29,313 bases of DNA from Andalucia godoyi And28 (Eukaryota > Protista > Jakobida): contig VRVR01000045.1 in assembly GCA_009859145.1 (NCBI GenBank), positions 1 through 29,313 of the forward strand, in the 5' to 3' direction. This document shows, one piece after another, positions 18,226-29,300 of this stretch. The notes beneath the pieces were generated by a model, which ran no database searches, was not told where the DNA came from, and was given only the letters and a program-made list of their open reading frames with translations. The position numbers and the translations under genes were made by a program. Each line of letters starts with the position of its first letter. The stretch's first letter is position 1.

Positions 18226-19299
18226 ATGAGCCGCCAACCTGCTACAACAAGGAGGGAACCTACTATTGCGTCACAGCTTGAGGAATTACAGAGACGGGAA
18301 CGAGACGTCAGAAATCGAGAAGTCGTGCTTCAGCAATCGACCCGTGACGTTGAAGAACGAGTGCGACAAGCTCAGGCCAAAGACGCGTACATCCAAGGAC
18401 GAGAGAGAGCCATTGCACAACAAGAAGTCGTGCTTCAGCAATCGACCCGTGACGTTGAAGAACGAGTGCGACAAGCTCAGGCCAAAGACGCGTACATCCA
18501 AGGACGAGAGAGAGCCATTGCACAACAAGAAGTCGTGCTTCAGCAATCGACCCGTGACGTTGAAGAACGAGTGCGACTGACTCAACAAAAAGAACAGCAT
18601 TTACGGAGGTTGGAACATGATGTGTCACCGCAATACACCGCACTTCAGCAGTCTAAACATGAGATGCAACAACTGGCGAATTGCGAGTCGTCGGAGACAG
18701 ACGATGATGACGAAGAGGAAATAGACCGTGAGAGCGACCTCTCTTCTTCAACTCCGCGATCTTCCGAACGATTCGTTTGGCCGAATGTGTCTTTGCGTGC
18801 GATGGCCCATCGACGGCAACAGCAACCTCGTTTGACTGCATCGCTTCGTGCTCGCAGGACCCAGCTAAGACATCAAATCTGGAAGATCGTTGGATACGAA
18901 CCTGCATTGCACCTGCTGAACGATGCGCTGCTGCACTCTTCTTTCGTACAGGAACACAGTCGTCTGACACTGGTTTCCAACGAAGGGCTGGCGTGGTTTG
19001 GCGATGCCGTTCAGCGAATGTGGGCCTCAGCACTGGTATTTGAATCTTCCTCTCAAGCATCGAAAAAACGTTTACACGATCTTCGCGCGAATTATGTGAC
19101 GGATAAATCCTTTATCCCGTGGGCCAAAAGTCACAGAGTGGAACAGTGTTTGTTGACTGGGAACGGTTTTAAGCATAATGTGCAGGCATGCAAAGTGTTA
19201 GGAACAGCTGTTGAGGCGATTATTGCTGCTGTCTTTCTTGAATGTGGTATGCAGGCTGCAGGCAGATTCTGCCAGGCGGTGTATGATTCGAACGGATGA
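18226..19299 (+). CDS. Repeat-expanded coiled-coil protein with a C-terminal RNase III domain (divergent active site); the ORF is open upstream to 18070
   Basis: ALLHSSF...SNEGLAWFGDAV...KVLGTAVEAIIAAVFLECG aligns to the RNase III signatures NERLEFLGDAV and KxLADxxEA. No dsRBD is visible. The start is uncertain: ATG at 18073 or 18079 versus 18226. Confidence 0.8.
   Translation: MSRQPATTRREPTIASQLEELQRRERDVRNREVVLQQSTRDVEERVRQAQAKDAYIQGRERAIAQQEVVLQQSTRDVEERVRQAQAKDAYIQGRERAIAQQEVVLQQSTRDVEERVRLTQQKEQHLRRLEHDVSPQYTALQQSKHEMQQLANCESSETDDDDEEEIDRESDLSSSTPRSSERFVWPNVSLRAMAHRRQQQPRLTASLRARRTQLRHQIWKIVGYEPALHLLNDALLHSSFVQEHSRLTLVSNEGLAWFGDAVQRMWASALVFESSSQASKKRLHDLRANYVTDKSFIPWAKSHRVEQCLLTGNGFKHNVQACKVLGTAVEAIIAAVFLECGMQAAGRFCQAVYDSNG
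18318..18577 (+). repeat. Perfect 105-bp tandem repeat, about 2.5 copies, encoding 35-aa units (EVVLQQSTRDVEERVRQAQAKDAYIQGRERAIAQQ)
   Basis: gaagtcgtgcttcagc begins at 18319, 18424 and 18529, and the copies are identical. Confidence 0.95.
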
Positions 19300-20187
19300 A
19301 GTGGATCCCATGTGTGAGACCTCCTGGATTTATTCTCGTTATCGAGTGGACTTGAGTGAACAGATTCAACATTTGACTCTCCTTTTTCTTCTTTTCTTTT
19401 TTGCGTTTTACGTTGCATGGCGAACTGCTGCTTGTTCATGATTTCGATTCAAAGTGTCACGGGAAACCGCAATCCAATACCCTGCGAAAAGAATGCAGAA
19501 CTTCAAAAAAACTAGAAATAATTGTTTGACTGCAGAACTGTATACGCCCATATCACGAGAGCAGAAACAGGGGCATACACTGCCGAGAGCGTTATCAGTT
19601 TGACCGGCATATATCCGCCAAGCCGGTAAGCCAAGAATTCTTTTCCAATGAGCCATTGCAGTGCCACATGCGGAATTGCGGATGCTTCATCCCAAAACCG
19701 TTCCGAGCTTCGACGCGTCACATGTCACACAAGGCAAGTTTGCAGCACTCGCTTTTTGGAGACCTGGGAGACTCAAGTGGGAAAATGAGGCACGTTTCCA
19801 TCTTGGTTAATTGGTCGCCCCTCAAATAAAGCCTCGTTCGATAACTCTGTCCAGGGCTCACAGGATCACATCTCGTTGCAAGTACCTAATTGCGGACCGA
19901 TTCCATCATCCGTGCGCATATGCGGAATGACACGCAAAACATGGAATGGGAGCGCGTTTCTAATAGAACAGTAAGATCATGAATCTGCCGATTCCCTGGC
20001 TGCGCAGCACTCAGGACGAAAGGTGCCTTGTTCGAGCTTTCCAGAAATTCGTCCAAAACACTTCTTTACAGTCTTGAGACAGCGGCAAAAACACTTAATT
20101 ACACTGCTTCCATCCGGAGAGCTCGCAGCACCCTCGCCTGCTGCGCCAGTCTTGTTGCAGCATACAGAGCAGATCCCGTTTCCCTTT

Positions 20188-22065
20188 TCACTGCCAACGA
20201 ATGATTAAAGATGTTCTTCCACAATTACACACAGTGCTTGGAGCATCGGCACTGCTGAATGCTTGGACATGGATTGTTGGGAATGAAGGGACTCTCTCCA
20301 TCACAGCCTGGTATTCTTTCAACATCTCACCCATCAAGGTTCCGATATCCTTTGTGTTTTCCATAGAAACGTCGGTGTACGAACTCCGGAGGCACATTGT
20401 TGCTCGAAGAGAAAACGGGTGTTGCGAGAGTGACTGCTTACGCTTGATGTGAACCACCAATTTTGCAAGCAAAACTGTCCTTTCAACACTTGCAAGGATC
20501 GGACGGTTGCATTCCCAGGTCTGCATTTGTGTAAACCCGGGCAAGCCTCCTTCACTCGTGGCGACCAAAGAGTTAAGCTGTTGCGTGAACAGATCTAACT
20601 CTTTCTGAATCTCCTGGATATGTTCCCTGTCACGTCGTTCACAATTCAGCACATCAATCAAGAGCTTTCTGGCATGCTGCTGGAACAGCCGAAGAAGAAA
20701 GTAATGCACTGGAACATCTTCGACAGTCGGTGGCAGGTTGATCCAGTTCGGTGAACCAGGTATCAAGAATTTTGGACTCCAAATCAGCCACAAATGCCAC
20801 ATCAATGCTGCAAGCTGACCATGCTGCACGAAATCATGTCTCCGAATTGCCCATTCAGCATGGAGAGCCGTCTTCATTGTCCATGATCGTAAAGCCATAT
20901 CCTTTAGGATCCACTCATGCCACGGTTGTTCCGGATCACCATCCACAAAAAATTTCTTTGGTGTTTGGCTTCCTGGATGCTTGTCTTGTTTCAAAAACTG
21001 TTCAAGAACTTTCGTCCCGTCAGTTATTCGAGGAACCAGGCCAGGGTGTGAATCCAGAAACCTCTGAAGATCGGGGTGTCCGATATCCGTCTGATTCAAC
21101 GGCACCTGGCTCTTAGAGAGAAGCTCGAAGAATGGCAACGGAAGAACTGGCATTGTGCGCATTGGATGGGAATCGCAGAGAGGATTAGCATACTTGGACA
21201 CCAGATCGTACAGTGGACCTTCTGTTTGAAACGTGCAAAAGAAGAAGAATTTCCCAAAATGCACACACATTCCATCTGGCAGTACCCAGCAGTCCGGCTG
21301 AAACGCCTCGAAGTGTGGAATGTTCTCCTTGAAGAGAAAATCCATCGGAGAACCTATGGGAGGTTTTTCGATGTCATAATTTTCAACATACATAAACCAC
21401 AGAGCGTTCTTCCAAGGTTCATTCGCAGTTTTCTTCTTCTTCTTCGGCTTGGAGTCTTGCACCAAGAACTCTCGACAATGTTCTATTAATTCAAGGACAG
21501 CAGACACATTCTGCTCGGGAACAAGCTTGTCCCACAGCGACACAACGAAACATCTCCACAGCAATGAAACAACGAAAGGGACACGATCTTGAATCTCCTT
21601 GCCCAATTTCGGATTCGACGAGGCTTTGAGGACGCGCTTCATCCAACCCGAGAATTTGCTTTCGATTTTGGACAGTCGATTTTCGCAAGAATCGCACAGT
21701 AACTGGGGGTACTTAACATCGCTCACGTCCTTCACCACGGCATCTCCTATAAAGCCCAGAGCTAGCCCCTTGGACCCCATGAGTTCGTCCAGAACAAACT
21801 TTGGAATTGTGTGAGACTGCTTCGTGAACGGATTATCAAAATCGCACTTTCCACACAAACAACAACGAAATGGGCCATCAGATTCTTCCACCTCTCGATG
21901 TTCAATTTTTCTGATATAAAAATAGGCTGCTGTGAGATCCCTGTGAGCGACGTAGAGCTGGCGAGTCGATGCGCGTGAATCGCGCAGGATCGCTAAACTT
22001 TCGTCCAGGTGAGACTTCGTACGAATCTGCTGAAGAAGTTCAGGCTGTTCCGGTGCCGAAGCCAT
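20188..22065 (-). CDS. 625-aa protein with an N-terminal bacterial-type HNH/His-Me finger-like Zn module
   Basis: ATG start. It has CCLC...SHTIPKF...LLCDSCENRLSKIE...FVVSLLWR, a pattern I recognise from bacterial HNH-like proteins. The C-terminal half is helical and unassigned. Confidence 0.65.
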   Translation of the reverse strand: MASAPEQPELLQQIRTKSHLDESLAILRDSRASTRQLYVAHRDLTAAYFYIRKIEHREVEESDGPFRCCLCGKCDFDNPFTKQSHTIPKFVLDELMGSKGLALGFIGDAVVKDVSDVKYPQLLCDSCENRLSKIESKFSGWMKRVLKASSNPKLGKEIQDRVPFVVSLLWRCFVVSLWDKLVPEQNVSAVLELIEHCREFLVQDSKPKKKKKTANEPWKNALWFMYVENYDIEKPPIGSPMDFLFKENIPHFEAFQPDCWVLPDGMCVHFGKFFFFCTFQTEGPLYDLVSKYANPLCDSHPMRTMPVLPLPFFELLSKSQVPLNQTDIGHPDLQRFLDSHPGLVPRITDGTKVLEQFLKQDKHPGSQTPKKFFVDGDPEQPWHEWILKDMALRSWTMKTALHAEWAIRRHDFVQHGQLAALMWHLWLIWSPKFLIPGSPNWINLPPTVEDVPVHYFLLRLFQQHARKLLIDVLNCERRDREHIQEIQKELDLFTQQLNSLVATSEGGLPGFTQMQTWECNRPILASVERTVLLAKLVVHIKRKQSLSQHPFSLRATMCLRSSYTDVSMENTKDIGTLMGEMLKEYQAVMERVPSFPTIHVQAFSSADAPSTVCNCGRTSLIIRWQ

Positions 22066-22404
22066 TTTTAATGATCACATCAAATTCATTAAGATAAATG
22101 AAATACAAGAAAGAGAAAAAGAAAAGAAGCTCGCAAACCATCTGGAGACAGTATGCTGACCTTCAAGGACCTTCGCCACTGAATAGGCAATCCCGCCAAT
22201 GGAGTGTTAATAAGAGGCGGCGAATGCAGCGGATGCAAGCACGGCGACGAACTGATGCGATGTGACGTAGAAAAGAGTGCGATCAGAACGTCAACGATTG
22301 GGAAGCGACCACAACAGCATCTGTTCTCGCGGCGACAACTCCTTTTTCATAGAAATCGTTTTAAGTCATCTCTCGCCGAGTTTCTGATTTCACTGGATTC
22401 AACA

Positions 22405-24399
22405 ATGGCGGCTTCCAGCACAAAGACCGCCACTGAATTTCGCTCAGCATTCTTATCAAGTCAGCACTGCAACCCCCAAGTAAGAGCGTCACTGCTGCTA
22501 ACCAGAACTCTGTTGTTGCGCGCCTACAGTGAATGGAAATATTCCCCAAAGATTTCACTCAAGGCCTTGGTTGAAGAATGGACAAAGCAAGGATTCACCG
22601 AACCCCCGGCCTCCAATACGTCCGATCTTAATCTTACGACCAGATTCTTTCATCTAAACCTCCCCTTGGAGCTTACTTCTGGATCAATATCGAGTTCTTC
22701 CGCTGCAACCGCTTCCAATCCAGTTAGACCCTCAACCGCATCTTTGGCACAGCCTGCGATTGTCATTTCCAATGCCAAACATTCGAGTTTAACACGCACA
22801 CCAGCTCAAGTCAACGAACGAAAACAACTGCCAGTTGCCAACAGGTCCGAACCGCCAAAGACTGCGCCTCCAATTGATCCAGAGATGCTGCGGAGGCGCG
22901 CCTCGCTCTTGCAGTCGCCTGTGAAGCAACACGAGGATATCACAGCGGATGTAAGTCGGTTCATTCATAGCTATGTCAATGAAGGTGCGATCACCGCAAA
23001 GAGCACAGTTCAAGTGAATTCTCGAATGGCTCGCGTTTCGCTCTTGGATGGAAACAATGCTTCTCTGTTAGAACAAGTTTCGCTCTTGGGAACACTTCGC
23101 ACATCTCCCACCGCTGCCAACAGCCTGAACGACCAGGGATCGAGGCTGTTCCTCAACGTTCATCATCCCTTCTGCTTTGTCGCTGTCGGAGTTCAAGGTT
23201 CTGGAAAAAGCCACACGGTCGGTGTCCTGCTTGAAAATTGCATGATGACGGCCGCGCAACTTGGATCGTGTCCTTCCCCTGCCGCTGCTTCAGCAACTCC
23301 CGTTTGTGACTTGGGCATCACTACTCTTCGGGAACCGATGTCTGCCCTTGTCTTTCACTATGACCAAGGATGCAACACGATATGCGAGGCTGCGGGTCTC
23401 GGCACCCCATCTCCAGATATGCTTTCTTTTATTTCGGACAAGATTCGTGGCACTGCGTCTTCCGTATCGCTGCCACGGGTAGAGGACATCGTTGTGCTCG
23501 TGTCACCGTCGTGCTACCGACAGAGAAAGCGAGCCTATGCAGAAAAGGTTGGGAGCCACTGTGTTGTGCTTCCTTTGCTGTTCTCACCGCAGACGCTGAC
23601 TGCAAAGCACATTTGCCAGATGATGCACCTCACCGAGGGATCGAACCAACTGTACAAGGCGGTGATGTTGACAGAGCTAAGGAGCATTCAGCGGCAGGAT
23701 ACACCCCTCAACTTCTCACAGATGATGGATTCTGTTATCGCAAACTGTCCATTTGACACGCAGAAAGACGCACTTCGTCAACGGAAAGATGTGTTTGAAG
23801 AATTCATGGCAGATTGTGAAAAGAACGCCGAGTACAAGGATGCGTTTGGAAATCTGGAGCTGTTCGCCAAGAAAGGTCGCATGATCATTGCAGATCTATC
23901 GGATCCGATGCTGTCTCCAGACGAGGCAAATGGCCTGTTTCATGTGTTATTCGAGCAGTTTCGGTCGATTCAAGGACTCACCGGCAAGGTCGTTGTCTTT
24001 GACGAAGCACACAAGTACATGAAGGAAGGTGATTGTTCTGGCACGCTTTGCAGTGCAATCTGCGAGTCTGTGCGACTGTTGCGACATGAAGCAACTCGAG
24101 TGGTGATTTCGACCCAGAATCCAAAGGCTCTGACTTCGGAGCTGCTGGAACTTGCGAACATCGTCTTGATCCATCGATTCCACAGCCAAGAATGGTTCAA
24201 CTATCTGAAAACCAAAATTTCATTGGAAGATGGTCTCCTCTCGGAAATTCAGGAATTGGGTGATGGCGAGTCGTTGGTTTTTGCAAATCGCAGTGCCGTG
24301 CAAGGTTACAAGCAAAGTGCTTCTGTCATTCCGTGCACAGTTCGCCGACGGCTCACCAAGGATCGCGGTGCGTCGGTTGTGCACCAAGAAGTCAATTGA
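22405..24399 (+). CDS. HerA/FtsK-superfamily P-loop ATPase, about 664 aa from the first ATG
   Basis: Walker A GVQGSGKS, Walker B VVVFDEAHKY, then STQNP and LIHRF...WF. It has a low-complexity Ser/Pro-rich N-terminal linker. The track start at 22204 is GTG; the ATG at 22405 has an aacaATG context. Confidence 0.8.
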   Translation: MAASSTKTATEFRSAFLSSQHCNPQVRASLLLTRTLLLRAYSEWKYSPKISLKALVEEWTKQGFTEPPASNTSDLNLTTRFFHLNLPLELTSGSISSSSAATASNPVRPSTASLAQPAIVISNAKHSSLTRTPAQVNERKQLPVANRSEPPKTAPPIDPEMLRRRASLLQSPVKQHEDITADVSRFIHSYVNEGAITAKSTVQVNSRMARVSLLDGNNASLLEQVSLLGTLRTSPTAANSLNDQGSRLFLNVHHPFCFVAVGVQGSGKSHTVGVLLENCMMTAAQLGSCPSPAAASATPVCDLGITTLREPMSALVFHYDQGCNTICEAAGLGTPSPDMLSFISDKIRGTASSVSLPRVEDIVVLVSPSCYRQRKRAYAEKVGSHCVVLPLLFSPQTLTAKHICQMMHLTEGSNQLYKAVMLTELRSIQRQDTPLNFSQMMDSVIANCPFDTQKDALRQRKDVFEEFMADCEKNAEYKDAFGNLELFAKKGRMIIADLSDPMLSPDEANGLFHVLFEQFRSIQGLTGKVVVFDEAHKYMKEGDCSGTLCSAICESVRLLRHEATRVVISTQNPKALTSELLELANIVLIHRFHSQEWFNYLKTKISLEDGLLSEIQELGDGESLVFANRSAVQGYKQSASVIPCTVRRRLTKDRGASVVHQEVN

Positions 24400-24586
24400 G
24401 GGCAAGGTTCGTCCACAAAACGCTGCTGCTTTGGGTGAGAAAGCCATCCGGTTTTAATCACAATGAAGCCTGCTCCAATGAGGAAAATGGTCAAAAGGGA
24501 AAGGGCAGTCACACAACTTCAAAGCAGTCATGCACGTTACTCTCCTTTCAAAACCATGAGATGAACTGAACCGATGGCACGAGAGA

Positions 24587-25880
24587 TCATATCCGCAACC
24601 CTTGAAGGGCCAAGATCGGAATGAAGAGCGATAGGACGCCCACAAAAATGGTCCCGACGCGTTTCACGGTAATAGAATGTCCAGCAAGCGACATGAACAG
24701 AGGATTGTCTTTCAGAAGTCGTTTCGCATCCTCAAGAGATTCATCAACACTGCAGATGGACGATTTGGAGCCTACCCCCGGATGACTCGGGCTGGAAGAT
24801 TTTGACAGGAATTGTTCGACATCCTTTGAAAGCAAATTGAAACGGGTTTTGGATATTGCAGCCTCTCTTGCTCCTTCTGCAATGACATGGGGCAAGGCCA
24901 ACAGAAAAAATGCGAGAACCATTCCAAACGCAACGATGGCCCAAAACCGCAAGCCAAGAAGATCATCTGGGTTGTTTTGTAGAAAAGATATCACATTCAA
25001 TAAGAAAAACAAGAATGCTGCCAAGAATGTTACGGAAGTTAATGGAACCCAGGTGACTGACAAATCTGAAGAGCTTGTAGCAAAAGATGCCATTCAGATT
25101 TGAGTTGCAGAAAATCAAGATTTTCCTTAATCGGAACAGATAGAGCGACGATAAACATGCAGAACGAATGAATGGACCAAATGAAACAGATCGCTGCCAT
25201 CACCCAGGGAAGACCAGCAAGCCAGTACATGAGAAAAGATCGAGCCCTGCTTTCTTTGGTCGTCATTTGCCAACAATGTTCAAAATGCACAAAAAGACGA
25301 TCAGAAACGACGAGATGGTTCGGCCAGGATGTGGAGAATTCCACGGCAGCAACCTGGCACAGCTGAAGAAATGGGTGTGGTCGATCATCATAACAGGAGT
25401 TCGTACGCGTGCATTGCAGACACTTGCCGTTTCGGTCGACCGATACTTGAAAACGGGGCCGTCAAGCATCACAGCCACCAATGTGTCGTGATGGCATCCA
25501 AAACGCCGGAGATGGAAGCGCAGGTTCGGGCTTGCCAACGGCATGCAGAATATCGAAGCTGCCGTCCTCGCTCAGAACGACATTCCGAAAAACACATGTT
25601 TTGGTATACGGAGCGAGCTCCGGGTCCGCCAACTGCAATCGAGAAGGACAGACAATGGAGCTGAGTCCCACAGCCGGGCGATCACGAGCCGTGCGATCGT
25701 GAAATTCGACATGGGGTCCCGAAAGATACGTCGCCGGAGAAGCGATGTAGGGCCGAGACGAAGCAACTCCTCGGTTGGATTGCGAGTCTGGAAGCAAGGA
25801 GTGTGATGCGAGAGAAGCCAGTTGAGCAAATGCATACAGAACGAAACACACGGCACAAACGTAGAGAAACGGGTGACATG
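24587..25880 (-). pseudogene. Fragmented multi-pass membrane protein gene, possibly GRL/DUF3537 (7TM ion channel)-like; frameshifted or multi-intron
   Basis: Hydrophobic segments are spread over several frames. The C-terminal ORF 24587..25093 has two TM helices, a loop, then LLKDNPLFMSLAGHSITVKRVGTIFVGVLSLFIPILALQ, resembling the gustatory-receptor TM7 region. There is an apparent 1-nt frame change near 25065 (EWHLLLQALQ / DLSVTW). Confidence 0.35.
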
Positions 25881-26312
25881 TTCGAAGACTGTCCGGTGTG
25901 GCCCCTCGACAAACAGCCCCTATCACACGCTTGCTCACGAACGGCGGACGGCTGATTCCCACGCAGCATGTCCAATGCAAGCGAGCGAATATCAGCACCA
26001 GAGTTGCATCGAACGAGAGAAGCCTCAAATTCCTCTTGGTTTCTGACCGAGTCGATGCGCGGCGACAGCTCGATTTCATTGACGCGGAAAGCATCCATCA
26101 TTCGAAAGCAACAAGCCGAAAACCCCGATTTGCCCGATTGCCCACAACGCCGACGGAAATGTCCATATTCGGCATTGTGGATGGCGCGCGGAGATTCCGT
26201 TCGCGCACTATTCTCCGCTAGGCGTTGCTCTGCACTCTTTCCAATCACCACCACCTTCTTGTCCCCCCTTTTCTTCTCCTCATCATCAATCCACACGCTG
26301 CATTCTGTACTT

Positions 26313-29300
26313 TTATCGCAAATCGACAACAAGCCGAACAGAGTCCAAGAAAGAAAGGGGGGAAAAAATGTCCGCTTGTGGATGGAAGTGGATGGCGGTG
26401 CTTGCTGCGCTCTTTGGGATTTGCGCAGAAGTATTGCGCCTGCAATGCTCATTCCAAACCGTCGTGATCGGCGGCAACCCCACGAGTGTCACACGAAGGG
26501 AATCTCCTTGAGCAAGAGCTGCTCCGAGAGGATTTGTCGGGGCAGGAAGCAAAGTTGCAGTCTTTTGGATGGAATGCGAGACTGGTGGTTTTTGCTGATG
26601 AGCAAAACGATGCACTGCGAGAGAGGTCAGGGAGGGAAGTTTTGTTGAAAAGCGATATTCGGATGCGGACCCTTGAACGGATGACGCGCCATCCGAACCT
26701 ATTGCTTGCGAGAAGGACGCCGGAGGACGCTTGGCAGGCATGATTTCCAATTGATTGAGATCTTGTTTCTTTGTAACCGCCAGTATTTTGTTGCCCAGCA
26801 CCAAGCCAATGCGCGCAACCATGAGCACCATCTCGAACAAGGAAACGACGAGGTTGATCGTCACGACAATCAGCTGAAACATTGCAACGAAATGCGTGAC
26901 ATCTTCGTTCCACGTATTTGAGCGTCCCTTTCCGAACATGGCGTACAGCGAAAACAGCTGAAGCAGATCGGAAGCCGAATTGAGCACATGCATTGCATTG
27001 GAAACCCGCTCTTCAGAAGGGTGTTCGTACAAGAAGAATATCGCTCGAGCAGTCGAGACACATGCAACGAAACAGAGCTGCACTTCAGTGCCAAGCCCAA
27101 GCTCTGCACCGGAGACGACGAAGAATGCATCGATGGCAAAGATAGTGATTGATCCAAGGTGCATCCACCAGTACTTTCCAACATAGACAAACAGCCCAAG
27201 ATCCACTTGTCGTGCAAACTCCGCCTCGGGACCGGAAGGTCCACGTCGGAGAAGCGGCATCAGACCGAAAAAGAAAATTGCACACTCTGTGAAAAGAACG
27301 AAAAATGCGAGGACTGTTTCCCAAGCGGGGCGGACGCGCATCCCCGCGGTCATCTGAACACCGATTGTGACGAGCAACGGATAAATCGAAGCGTAGAACA
27401 ACATAAAGTAAATTCCGCGAAAGAAAATCCAGAAACGGAAAAAGAGAGCTGATGGCTTACAACCAACATCGGAGGGACCGAAGGAAAACCGACGACGCAG
27501 CATGAGAAATGCAAGTGCGCATCCAAAAGATCCAACAAACAAAGTTGTGATGGCCATCAGCACTGTGAGCATCGTGGTGAACGTAAAAATAAAACAAGCG
27601 GAGTACGTCTGCATCGTGTCCATGAAGTACAACCGCAAGTTGGAATCCGACAGAGGATCGATGTCTGCATCATCCGGTGATTGGATCATACCGATGGACT
27701 CCCAAACGGACATCCGAACATTCATCATCACAACACTGAACCCTTGGATGAATTGCAAATACCAAATCGGAAATTGGAGTCGCAATGAGCCCAACCGGGT
27801 GATACTCTGCACTGAATCGAACATTTGCATAAATCCAGGTCCTCCTGCTGAGAGCCCAACACTGGTAGTAACTGCGGTTTTCCCATGCTCCGAGGAAACT
27901 ACTTCAAAAGCTGGAGCTTGAGGAATTCCGAGATCCACAATGGTAGACACATTGCAATGGCGTCCACGATGTGCATTGTCGCACAGACACGATCCTGTTG
28001 AGGAGCACGTTCCGTGATCATTGCAAGTATAAGTTCGATTGCAAAACACCGAGCAAGATGGTCCGTACATATTCGTCAAACAAGATGTGCAATTTGGGCC
28101 GGAAAACGGCTCAACACAGCTGCAAAGCCCAGAGCCATTCTTGCCATCCAAACAAGATCCACCATTGGCACAAACGCGACACTGTTGGCATTCGGGGCCC
28201 CAGAATCCGCTGAGACACTGGTTGCACGAAGATGCACCATGCACGGAGTTCGAGAAGGGAGTTTGACATGCTGTGCAACGGAATGTCGTGTCATTGGAAA
28301 ACCATCCAGGAAGGCAAGCGACACAGAATGCTCGACTCACATGCGACTCTGTTCCATTCGAACATTTCACACACTGCGACACGCTCGATACGTTCGAAAA
28401 CCATCCTTCGGGACACTGGCGACACGTGGTCCTGTCTGTGGATGATTCGTGCCCAACAGGACACGCCTGGCAAATGTAATTAACCGACGAATTTGAAAAC
28501 ATGCCAGGAGGACACAAGAAACACGAATCAGCCGACGCCGACGACTGGTGGCCAGCCGGGCACAGTTCGCACACTGACGAATTGGGTGCACCGCTCACCG
28601 TCGAGAATGTTCCGGCGGGACAATACTGGCACGTTGAACTGCTCGTTGCTCCAACGGCCGTGGAATACGTTCCAGGCGGACACTGGAATGCCGATTCTGT
28701 CGAATTCAGCCCAGACTGGTTCGAGTACAGCCCAGCTGGGAGATCGAGACAAGTGGTCGAGTTACTCGCTCCTGTTGTTGGAGAAAATGAACCAGCCGGG
28801 CACGGAACGCAGCTCGCAGACCCATTTGCACCGATTTCTGACGAGAATGTCCCTGAAGGACAAGCTGTGCATGCTGATGAATTTGACGCACCCATAACGC
28901 TCGAAAACGTCCCTGCATCGCAAGCAAAGCACAATGCTGAAGAATTGGAACCAATAATTGGAGAAAACGTACCAGAAGGGCATGCCAAACATGAAGCAGA
29001 AGAATTGGCACCTGTCAACGAAGAAAACGTTCCGGCCGGACAGCTTGTACACAACGAAGACGAGTTTGCCCCATCCACGTCGGAGAATGTACCAGCAGGA
29101 CACTCACTGCAAACCGACATTGCATTCGCACCTACGATCGCAGAGTACGATCCCAATGGGCACGTCTGACATGTTGAAGCATTCGATGCACCGAGTGCTG
29201 GAGAGAACGTCCCCGCAGGACACACCGTGCACATCGACGAATTTGCAGCTCCGGCTTCTGTGGAATACGTTCCGGCAGCACACGGCATACATACAGAAGA

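Noticed and set aside
18318-18577. CRISPR-like array
   Set aside because: The repeats are contiguous 105-bp in-frame coding units without unique spacers.
19400-20180. Short hydrophobic ORFs between the RNase III and HNH genes, and a possible extra 3' exon of the HNH gene
   Set aside because: The ORFs are under 85 aa, inconsistent across frames and have no motifs. The candidate intron would be only 38 nt with a weaker donor.
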